Shown here: piece by piece, positions 42,624 through 51,170 of the stretch
Layout: each line of letters begins with the position of its first letter
Numbering within the stretch: the stretch's first letter is position 1
Source: Alphaproteobacteria bacterium
GTDB lineage: Bacteria; Pseudomonadota; Alphaproteobacteria; UBA9219
NCBI GenBank assembly: GCA_013286365.1
Contig: JABDFY010000008.1
Span: 199-64,198 of the forward strand
Direction of reading: 5' to 3'
Length of the DNA stretch: 64,000 nucleotides
Made by a program: the position numbers and the translations under genes
The notes under the pieces: generated by a model
Told to the model about the DNA's origin: nothing
What the model saw: the letters and a program-made list of their open reading frames with translations, nothing else
Databases searched by the model: none

Positions 42624-44120
42624 TTAGGGGGCCAAGAATGGTAGATCACTTGCACTATAACGTGTGGCCGAGAATATTCTTGCCTGCATACTGAGATCGG
42701 GCTTTCTAAACGCGGCCTCGTCCACGGCCGGCAGTTGACAATCCCAAACTACTTTCTTGTCATTGTTTATTTCAAATATATGTCCATGAAGCGAATCCAA
42801 AATCATCGTATTACCATTTTGTAAGCGCTGAACATCGCCAACATATGACGTCGCAAAAGGCAACTCTGGACTGCCACTAAAATCCCACGTGACACTACGT
42901 GTCGTCGGATCATATTCCAAAATCCGTGAAAAATAAGAAGTCTCTTCTCCTTGTACTTTGTTATTAAGTACCTTGTTATTATTCTTCGTTAAACTTTCTT
43001 GTTTTCTTTCTTCGTCAGCCAATCCCTGATTATCGAGCAACAATATATGGCCATTTGCGAGAAATTGAGCGGAATGCTGTCTCTTCCATGGACCTAGAGC
43101 AAACCAAACGACGCTTTCTGTCTCCGGGTCGATGACAGCGATTGCGTTCATATCACGTAAGGAAACGAGTACTTGTCCTGCTTTGAACATAGGGAACTTG
43201 CTAGCAATCTTCGGTTCCAACTTCATGACAGAGTTTGAATGCAAAATATCCATACGCTGAAGGCCTCCCGGTTGATTAAGTAGAAATGCTAGGTACTGGA
43301 TGAGCGCCTGCCTAAATAATGGCGATCTGTCGAAGGCATTTAATATGGAAATTGTTTTCAATTCTTTGCCTTCGGGCGACAAGATGGCTATGTAATCAGC
43401 AAGTCCCTCCCCAAGCATAGGTTTATGAAAAATTAAACTCAGAGGTAGTGGCATATGATACAGAGTATAGATATTTCCCGTTTTATCGATATAGGCATTA
43501 TGGTGTGTGTTTTTATCATAAGTCCAAAGCACCTTGTCGGAACTTTTATTAAATTTAGCCATCCCATATCCTGTAACTGAACCGGTACCGGGGCATGTAT
43601 AAGTCGCCAACAAATCTCCATTGGGAAACGGAGTCGCTGATTTAATCAAGACTTTATCACCGCATACCGCACGGTTTGTAATATGCGTGGGATTGGGCCA
43701 AACACTGTCAAAAGGAATGTGCCACGTATGCACTATGTGGCCCTGCATATCGATAATATATACATTCTTGGAATAACGGAGCGTAAATATTGTGAAGCCA
43801 CCGTAAGATTGTGTGTCGTCATATTTAATTTTGGCCTGATTAATTAAAACATCTTCATTAATTAATGGCTTCTTGTCGACACTTGGACCTGGTTTTTCTT
43901 CACTTGGCTTTTCGCTTTTTATGACCGCACTGTTTTGTGCTGTCGGGATTGTTTGTGCTGTTGCGATTGTTTGTGTTGTCGGAATTATACGATGAGGCGC
44001 AAAATACTCGTACTTAGCCAAGGCGAAGCCTCCAGCCAAAATAATACACACACTTGCTATCAAGATGAGGCGCCGATACCGCCGAAGAGCAGAAGTGCAG
44101 AAGGACACTAAACGTTTCAT
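42624..44120 (-). CDS. membrane-anchored arylsulfotransferase (ASST)-like beta-propeller protein
   Basis: Has an N-terminal TM anchor (LILIASVCIILAGGF). The motifs THHNAYID, DILHSNSV and RQHSAQFLANGHILLLDNQG resemble the Arylsulfotran_2 family. The ORF extends to 44201. Confidence 0.6.
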   Translation of the reverse strand: MKRLVSFCTSALRRYRRLILIASVCIILAGGFALAKYEYFAPHRIIPTTQTIATAQTIPTAQNSAVIKSEKPSEEKPGPSVDKKPLINEDVLINQAKIKYDDTQSYGGFTIFTLRYSKNVYIIDMQGHIVHTWHIPFDSVWPNPTHITNRAVCGDKVLIKSATPFPNGDLLATYTCPGTGSVTGYGMAKFNKSSDKVLWTYDKNTHHNAYIDKTGNIYTLYHMPLPLSLIFHKPMLGEGLADYIAILSPEGKELKTISILNAFDRSPLFRQALIQYLAFLLNQPGGLQRMDILHSNSVMKLEPKIASKFPMFKAGQVLVSLRDMNAIAVIDPETESVVWFALGPWKRQHSAQFLANGHILLLDNQGLADEERKQESLTKNNNKVLNNKVQGEETSYFSRILEYDPTTRSVTWDFSGSPELPFATSYVGDVQRLQNGNTMILDSLHGHIFEINNDKKVVWDCQLPAVDEAAFRKPDLSMQARIFSATRYSASDLPFLAP

Positions 44121-44268
44121 GTTGTAACCAACTCGTCGTTGTCTTTGAGAATGGATCCCAGAACACAGAAACTGTAATGAGAAACTCTGGATAGAACTCA
44201 CTGTCCTTATAGAAGTATTCTGTCTATATCAGTTATTCGTTAGCATTCAAGTTCAAAAACCTGCATAG

Positions 44269-45687
44269 CTAGCGCGTGTAATGCTGGACGGATAACGAGA
44301 CGTAGACCACGGCAAGCAGTGAGAGAGAAATAATAAGCTCATATAGTGCGCCTCGCCGTTGCCAAACTTGTGACCAGTCACGGCTAAACAACAAGGTTGT
44401 ATAAGGTAGTATGGGTATAAAATATCGCCCTTGGATCATGGGCGTTATCGGATATTCGTCAATATAAATCGATAAAAGTATGAAGATAGCTGTCGCCATG
44501 ACCACAAGAATTAAAAGAACATTACCACCAATATTTTGGCGCGCGGTTAGTCTTTTACTTCCCGTCTTCGTATTAGAAACCGAGCTTTGCGATGAAATGG
44601 TGTTTTCAAAAACCAAAATAAAAGGTAATGCAATCATCAAAAAAGGCAAAACACCGAAAGGCTCAAACATCGCAAGGGGAGCCATCTTCCAAATAAACAA
44701 ACTTGTTATGAGTTGTCGCCAAAAATTCTCCTTCAAAATCAATTGACCTAAATCTTTGGCGACTAGATATGGTTGTTGCATCACTAAAAGGAGTGCCTTC
44801 TGAGGGTTTGAACTTGTCACGATGTTGGGAGAAAGAATATTGAAACTGTATGTTTCATTCAGGACGTGATGGACGTTGACGAGAGTAGCCAAGAAACAAA
44901 AGCCAATCACGGCACTAACAAACCAAGCTCGCCTTTGAGATGAAGCAAACTTGTTTGGTGAAATTAAAAGAATGGTAAAAATAAGGGGAAAATACACAAC
45001 TTTGCTTATCGCCAAAACAGTGCCTACCGCGGTAAAGCCCATCCCCTGCCGCCAATCAAGCGTCCGCTTCGTATAGAAAGCACGTATGAGAAGCACAAAA
45101 TAAAGACAGGCCGCTATGGTCACGACGTAATCAGGATATTGTTGAATTTCTATGATCCAAAAAGTAGGTAACAATAAAAGAACCATAATCTGCACATGGT
45201 AAACCGGCAGAAGGCGAAGAATTAAAAAACCAAACACAATCCCTAAGGACAAACAGAGCAGACGCGCCAGGTAGTAGATCGATACAGGCTTAAGATCAAA
45301 AGCCTGGCCAAGAGAGCCCGCAATAATCTGCGGGATGTAGTCAATCGCGGGATAGCGGACTACTTTCTTATCGGATACGTAAGGCTGCCGTTTTGTCGAA
45401 TCAAGAAAAATATCTTGCGCTCTAAAATTGAGATCTCTTTTAGCGTTCGTATTATTAATTCGCCGAGCCAAGAAATTATTTTCGGTTGTAACATCGGTGA
45501 ATTCAATAATACTTATGGGCAAGGTGCCGTCTTTATAGAGCGCGCTAAAGGTCAAGCCACGCAGAAAATGCTGTCCTTCGTGTGCGTTGTTTAAAGGGGC
45601 GTACGAAAAAAACAACGTCACAGCGATGAGCAATGACGCCAAAGCGTAAAGATTAGCATAGAACTTAGGTGACAAGGGAGCGTTCAC
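44269..45687 (-). CDS. polytopic membrane protein, DUF2142/GT-C-like (possible lipid-linked-sugar transferase)
   Basis: 472 aa with at least 10 hydrophobic segments. It has an early periplasmic loop after TM1 and the C-terminal motif MIQGRYFIPILPY, as in DUF2142-type proteins. Called from memory of the family, not from a search. Confidence 0.45.
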   Translation of the reverse strand: MNAPLSPKFYANLYALASLLIAVTLFFSYAPLNNAHEGQHFLRGLTFSALYKDGTLPISIIEFTDVTTENNFLARRINNTNAKRDLNFRAQDIFLDSTKRQPYVSDKKVVRYPAIDYIPQIIAGSLGQAFDLKPVSIYYLARLLCLSLGIVFGFLILRLLPVYHVQIMVLLLLPTFWIIEIQQYPDYVVTIAACLYFVLLIRAFYTKRTLDWRQGMGFTAVGTVLAISKVVYFPLIFTILLISPNKFASSQRRAWFVSAVIGFCFLATLVNVHHVLNETYSFNILSPNIVTSSNPQKALLLVMQQPYLVAKDLGQLILKENFWRQLITSLFIWKMAPLAMFEPFGVLPFLMIALPFILVFENTISSQSSVSNTKTGSKRLTARQNIGGNVLLILVVMATAIFILLSIYIDEYPITPMIQGRYFIPILPYTTLLFSRDWSQVWQRRGALYELIISLSLLAVVYVSLSVQHYTR

Positions 45688-45732
45688 AACAAAACTCGAT
45701 GAGTAACTGCGGTTAAGTAAACGTTAGATTTT

Positions 45733-46773
45733 TTATTGGTTTTGGTCGGGACAAATGCTCCATGTGCGCTGAAACTTTTTATCTTGAGCATCATCTTCAT
45801 AGAAAGAAGTTAATGCCACGCAGTTATCCTGAGGTGCAGCAATAAGAATGTTCTTCTCATCCTCTGAGCCAAGAATATAGACGGCGTTCTGTTTATGGGC
45901 AAAACCGGCTAAGACTTCCCGTGATTCACCAAGCGTGCCGATAAAGGAAGGCATAGTAAGCCGCTGCACGGATTTGGCCTCCGGCGCCAATTTTTTGACG
46001 AGATCTCGGGTATGCGATGGCAGTTGATCAATCGACATTTTTTTGAAGCTTTGCTGAAAAGAATTATCACCAACTTCGCGAGCCGGGGCTGCGCCAAAGG
46101 GGCTAGGGAAAGGTTGCGAAAAAACCATATCGCGCGATTGCGCCACAACATGACATGCCTGACAGGCATCAATTTCGTTTGTCGTCAGATGAGACGTGAG
46201 TTTTGTATCGTAAACAGGTACGAGGCTATACACCCAACCATCTCGGGCTTTAGGATCATTGGCTTTCTTGAGCATGACTTGAATGCGAATGATGGAGCCA
46301 GGAATAAGGCTGGAATCAAAAATAGGATCATGCTCAGCGTGGGCAATAATTTTGGCAAACACTGTCCCTTCCGGAAACGGGTATTGGCCTTTTGCTAAAG
46401 CTTCAGCACCAATTTTGTTGGCATAGACGAAACGTAACTGCTGACCCTCCGGCTTATAACGTGTCGTAACCAATTCCCACTTGCGCCAAAAATCTTTAAA
46501 TAATTTTGGATCGATATCTTGAGTTTCCGTGACATTATCGAACCAGTTTTGCAATGGAACAATCGAGCTGGAACTTGGCTGGGCAGCCGCGTTCGGTTCA
46601 GGTGACGTGGGATTAAGCGCATCTGGTGTGCCATCGACTTTTGAAAGGGTGACATCATAATTGTTAGAGAGGTTTGTATCCGTGTTATTCCCGGAATGGC
46701 TTAAAGTCACGAAGCCAAACGCGCTTATGAGCGCAACGACAAAAGCGAGACAAAAAGAACGACCACTTAACAT
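45733..46773 (-). CDS. secreted mono-haem c protein, cytochrome P460-like domain plus C-terminal extension (paralog 2)
   Basis: Has a signal peptide, the same CXXCH context (DACQACHVVAQSRDMVFSQPFPSPFGAAPARE) and the same C-terminal extension (IGTLGESREVLAGFA...ILIAAP). Confidence 0.6.
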   Translation of the reverse strand: MLSGRSFCLAFVVALISAFGFVTLSHSGNNTDTNLSNNYDVTLSKVDGTPDALNPTSPEPNAAAQPSSSSIVPLQNWFDNVTETQDIDPKLFKDFWRKWELVTTRYKPEGQQLRFVYANKIGAEALAKGQYPFPEGTVFAKIIAHAEHDPIFDSSLIPGSIIRIQVMLKKANDPKARDGWVYSLVPVYDTKLTSHLTTNEIDACQACHVVAQSRDMVFSQPFPSPFGAAPAREVGDNSFQQSFKKMSIDQLPSHTRDLVKKLAPEAKSVQRLTMPSFIGTLGESREVLAGFAHKQNAVYILGSEDEKNILIAAPQDNCVALTSFYEDDAQDKKFQRTWSICPDQNQ

Positions 46774-47136
46774 TGGACATTATAAAGTTGGCCGACATTA
46801 AACGGCAACTGAGCCGAACTAAAAGAACAACGAAGCCGCACGCATCCTCATTTCTGCGACAATGCACCGCCGCTTTATTTGGATAGAGAAATTGTATGGT
46901 CTATACAAGTGGTTTCAACAAAATTGAAAGCATTGGCTCATCATCATGTGTTGCGAGCCAGAAAAATAAATAAGTAGCTGAAGAATATTTGATGACAAAA
47001 GAACCACGGCAAAATTGTGCAATTTAGCACTTACTATTTTTCAAGTCTCGCCAAACAAAGCACTACATAGTTTTTTGCAGCACTTCCCATGCAATCGGTT
47101 TAAATAGAATTCGACACTGCAAAAAAAAGAAATGAA

Positions 47137-47210
<74 letters not shown>

Positions 47211-47353
47211 ATGGGAGCACTCTAACATAATTTTAGATGCTGAATAGTCGTGGATAGGGAGCCAAAAACACAACTGTCATCGAGAAATTAGTGACCATAA
47301 CGTATCACGACATGACTAGGTGAGTTGCAAATTGGGTTTTTTAGGCTCTTTTA

Positions 47354-48007
47354 TTAGGCTCGAAGAACGGCAGTGTTGGTCGCGACCTTTTGGCCGGCTA
47401 GAGCCGCATCACGCAGCACCTCCTGACGGCTTTTGCGCGTAGGCTCCTCACCTGCAGGCTTTGGCCATGCATCTCTATATTCCCCCAGACGAGGAGCTTC
47501 ATGTTCTCTGATCCTTCTTACTAGGGTTTGCCCCACGTGAGCTTGACTTACCAGAGCTTGCCCTGGCGGAAGTCTTTCGAGCCCCAGCCGTTCTTCAAGA
47601 CTGGCAACCGGTACGGCTTCACCCTTGGCTGCGTCTTCAGCTGCATGTTCCGCTCGCATGAGCAAAATTGTTTCTACGATTTTATCGACCGTGATACCCC
47701 TTGGGTATCCCTTATCTTCTTTCAATTGCTGCGCAAATTCCTGTAGGGTTGGTTCTCCAGGTGCCCGTGCGGCATTAGCTTTTTCCAAAGCATCAGCAGG
47801 AAGTGTAAAGGCTTCCCTTGCTGCCTTATGCTCTGCCAAGATGTGTGCTTGAAGCCGGCGTCTATTTTTTGCATCTTCAGCCGTGGCTTCTGCCGCTTCG
47901 CGTGCCGTTCGCTGGTCTTTTGTCTCTTTAAGGAACCGAAACCCTACCGACGTATTGACGCGGTTGGGACGCGTGTATCTTCTGTCTCGACTACGGCCAA
48001 ATGACAT
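47354..48007 (-). CDS. hypothetical protein (217 aa), Ala/Glu/Arg-rich
   Basis: Intact ORF, visibly more GC-rich than its surroundings, with no recognisable motif. Confidence 0.45.
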   Translation of the reverse strand: MSFGRSRDRRYTRPNRVNTSVGFRFLKETKDQRTAREAAEATAEDAKNRRRLQAHILAEHKAAREAFTLPADALEKANAARAPGEPTLQEFAQQLKEDKGYPRGITVDKIVETILLMRAEHAAEDAAKGEAVPVASLEERLGLERLPPGQALVSQAHVGQTLVRRIREHEAPRLGEYRDAWPKPAGEEPTRKSRQEVLRDAALAGQKVATNTAVLRA

Positions 48008-48237
48008 GTAACCTCACTGTAAAAATGCAGTGCAGCGATTCTAACGTCCTTTAGCTAAATGACGTTTTCGGTGACCGTCAATGACGAATCGGTGTTGTTT
48101 GGCCAACAATACAAAAATTGTGTTAGTTTGTGACAGAAGCGACACCAAACAGATTATTAAAATATACAAACATTAAAATGATGATTTAAGGCACTTCTAG
48201 AAAATCCAGTTTCAGATCAGACGGCCGCTTAAGTATC

Positions 48238-49263
48238 TCATTGGCGGGAGCGTGTCTCTTGCCAATCAAGATATTGGTCGATCAATCCTGTCGCCGTCAG
48301 AGGATCCGTTTCAGGAAGCACGCGCGATGGGTTTGGAGTCCAGAATTCTATGACAGCAGCATCAGGGAGTGGCCAATTTCCGCTCTCAAATTGCTTAAAA
48401 TGAGAGACGGCACTCGCTATCCAAGCGCTATCTGTTTTGTCTTGCCCATTGCCGTTATAGATAATTTGTAAGGGTATACCCTTGGCGCGCAGAAGCCGAG
48501 CTAGCGCCGGCATATTCTCGGCAAACCTTTTAGTCCACCAGGCGTCGATACGAAAGAACGCCAATTTTTCACCAGTCGCCGCTTCATAAGAATCAAACCA
48601 TGTAGATAGATCGGCGAGCCATACGCCGTTCTTGAACCATGGATCGTTGTCCGCGAATGACATAGGCTCGACATCACCAAATTTTACGCCAGGATACACA
48701 GAGCGGACCTGGTGGACTGTATTGGCAACATCTCGAGCTATTTCGGCAATTGAGGCGTGGCAACCATGCTTGCCATCCGGCGATCCAAAGGCGTGCCCAA
48801 AATAAAGCGGTTCATCCATACCGAAGAACTCCGCATCAGCCCCGAGAGCCTTCGCTCGCTTTGCTACCGCAAGCGGCTGTGGTCCGCCATATCCTTCCAC
48901 GTGATAGGCGCAATTGGTGGGGCCCCGTTGCCCTGGTGCTGTTAATGGCTCTATCCCGATTTCGAGATTGATATGACGGCGCTTTAGATCGCTGAACATA
49001 TTCCGTAAATCCATCTCGGCTATAAAGTCTGTTTGAGGTTGGCCTAATATTGTATGACCTGAGATTTCAAACACCTTCACATGTGCAGCCGCACGCTGCC
49101 AAGGTGAATTCGGCTGAAACAAAGCCATATAGTCCTTCGGCCCACTGCTGGCAGACCATGGTGAAAACCACACTTCTTGCGCCGTAGCGCCTCTTGCCGT
49201 AAGCACACCAAAAGCTAGTAAAGCTAAGACAAGCTGCAAGTGACGCAACAAACGATTGTACAT
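48238..49263 (-). CDS. hypothetical secreted protein (341 aa)
   Basis: Has a signal peptide (LVLALLAFGVLTARGATAQ). No family recognised. Confidence 0.55.
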   Translation of the reverse strand: MYNRLLRHLQLVLALLAFGVLTARGATAQEVWFSPWSASSGPKDYMALFQPNSPWQRAAAHVKVFEISGHTILGQPQTDFIAEMDLRNMFSDLKRRHINLEIGIEPLTAPGQRGPTNCAYHVEGYGGPQPLAVAKRAKALGADAEFFGMDEPLYFGHAFGSPDGKHGCHASIAEIARDVANTVHQVRSVYPGVKFGDVEPMSFADNDPWFKNGVWLADLSTWFDSYEAATGEKLAFFRIDAWWTKRFAENMPALARLLRAKGIPLQIIYNGNGQDKTDSAWIASAVSHFKQFESGNWPLPDAAVIEFWTPNPSRVLPETDPLTATGLIDQYLDWQETRSRQ

Positions 49264-49360
49264 TAGCCTACCTCCGTGTCTCGGTTCGAGATAGGATGTT
49301 AGCCGAAGGCCTTACGGAAAAACAGCTGATATCTCATTGAAAACGAAATAGAAAAATCAA

Positions 49361-49446
49361 TGGTGGAAGGGGAAGGATTCGAACCTTCGTACGCTCGCGC
49401 GGGCAGATTTACAGTCTGCTGCCATTAACCACTCGGCCACCCTTCC
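49361..49446 (-). tRNA. tRNA-Tyr (anticodon GUA), long variable arm
   Basis: The reverse complement is GGAAGGGTGGCCGAGTGG...CTGTAAA...long variable arm...GGTTCGAATCC...CCCTTCCACCA. Confidence 0.93.
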
Positions 49447-49525
49447 ACAGGCGTTCAAACAGATAGGAAACGCTGGCAGTACGGAATTTGCTTGCGCTTG
49501 TCAATCGCACGCGTTTTATAACGGT

Positions 49526-50458
49526 ATGAAACAGAGCTATCGCCATAAACGACCGCCCGGAAAGTTCCAAGACAAGGCTGAAAAGCCAACCTCAAAAAAG
49601 AATTTTCGCGCAGCTTCGCGTCCGTCTCGTGAAGATAAAACGCGCGAAGACAGAACTCGTGAAGATAGAAATCGTAAATCTAAACCCGAGGGTCCCACAC
49701 TCGTTCGCCAAAAAGATACGGCTCTGATTTGGGGCCTCCATGCCGTTCGTGCAGCATGGCTCAATACGCAACGCCGCTGTTTGCAATTATGGCTTACCGA
49801 AGCCGGCGAAGCTATCTTCGAAAAAACTTTATTAGAATCAACAGAAATTGGTCTTGCACGTCCTTCCCCTAAACGCGTTGAGCGTTATGAACTTGATCGC
49901 TTACTTCCCTCTGGTAGCGTTCATCAAGGCATTGTCCTCGAAACATTGCCCCTGCCCGAGCCGCAGTTACACGAAGTTATAGATGCTGATACGCCACCCG
50001 ATCTACTCATTATGCTTGATCAGGTGACCGACCCTCACAATGTGGGTGCTATACTTCGCTCGGCTGCTGCCTTGGGTGCTGGTGCTGTTATCATGACCGA
50101 ACGTAACGCTCCCAGCACGACAGGTGTATTGGCAAAATCTGCCTCAGGCGCCATCGAATACGTCCCTCAGATCCATGTCGTCAATTTGGCGCGCGCTATC
50201 GATGATTTACAGGAAGCTGGCTATTGGTGCGTTGGCTTGGCTGAAGAAGCGAAACAAGATCTAAGTGCCCTTGATTTATCTGGCCGTACAGTCCTTGTCC
50301 TCGGCGCAGAAGGCGAAGGGCTACGCCATTTGACACGACAGAAATGCGATGAACTTGCTCACCTACCGACGGGAGGGCCAATTGGTAGCCTCAATGTATC
50401 GAATGCGGCTGCCGTTTCCCTTTACGAAGTACGTAGACAAAAAAATAAATTTACCTGA
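49526..50458 (+). CDS. rlmB: 23S rRNA (guanosine-2'-O)-methyltransferase RlmB (SpoU/TrmH family) with basic N-terminal extension
   Basis: SPOUT motifs are DQVTDPHNVGAILRSA, LVLGAEGEGL and SLNVSNAAAVSLYE. The N-terminus carries REDKTREDRTREDRNR repeats. Confidence 0.85.
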   Translation: MKQSYRHKRPPGKFQDKAEKPTSKKNFRAASRPSREDKTREDRTREDRNRKSKPEGPTLVRQKDTALIWGLHAVRAAWLNTQRRCLQLWLTEAGEAIFEKTLLESTEIGLARPSPKRVERYELDRLLPSGSVHQGIVLETLPLPEPQLHEVIDADTPPDLLIMLDQVTDPHNVGAILRSAAALGAGAVIMTERNAPSTTGVLAKSASGAIEYVPQIHVVNLARAIDDLQEAGYWCVGLAEEAKQDLSALDLSGRTVLVLGAEGEGLRHLTRQKCDELAHLPTGGPIGSLNVSNAAAVSLYEVRRQKNKFT

Positions 50459-50465
50459 GATTTTA

Positions 50466-51062
50466 TTAGGCGTGCCCAACTTCGCCCGACAGCATAGCCG
50501 ATGTTATACCAATTTTAGCCAGCGCCCGGTCGTACTTCGTTTCGATGTCACTGCCAAACAAAATATCCTCATCAGCTGGTGCCGTAAGCCAACCGTTCGC
50601 CTGAACTTCTGCATCGAGCTGCCCGGCACCCCAGCCTGTGTAGCCTAGCGCCATAAGAAGGCGCTCCGGACCTTGACCTTGAGATATGGCTTCAAGAATC
50701 TCTACAGTAGCGCTGAGAGCAACATTGTCGTCGATTCGCATGGTGCCTTCGCGTAAATAGTCGGTCGAATGCAGGACGAAGCCACGTCCAACTTCGACGG
50801 GGCCGCCAAAATGCACTGGCACTTCAGGGGTCTCTGCGGCAAGTTTAAGATTGAGTTGGTGCAAAAGCGCCTGAAAACTGATCTCGCCATAAAGCCGATT
50901 GACGACCAAACCCATGGAACCACCATCGCCGTGAGAACAAATATAAACAACCGACCTTGCAAAGCGCAAATCGGGCATCGTCGGCATGGCGACTAAAAGT
51001 TGGCCTGTAAGCCGGCCCGAATCTATAAAAAATCCGGCATTATACATTTTATCCGACTCCAT
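50466..51062 (-). CDS. YqgE/AlgH family protein (UPF0301)
   Basis: Contains LTGQLLVAMPTMPDLRFARSVVYICSH...GSMGLVVN and GYTGWGAGQLD. Confidence 0.85.
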   Translation of the reverse strand: MESDKMYNAGFFIDSGRLTGQLLVAMPTMPDLRFARSVVYICSHGDGGSMGLVVNRLYGEISFQALLHQLNLKLAAETPEVPVHFGGPVEVGRGFVLHSTDYLREGTMRIDDNVALSATVEILEAISQGQGPERLLMALGYTGWGAGQLDAEVQANGWLTAPADEDILFGSDIETKYDRALAKIGITSAMLSGEVGHA

Positions 51063-51170
51063 AACCTGAGCCTTTCATGACTTTAGCCTTTCGGGTCGAC
51101 TTTTACCTTTCTTCATAGGGTCAGTTTATTGCATCATGGCCGGAATCGGAAGGGTTGAATTAATCATCAA

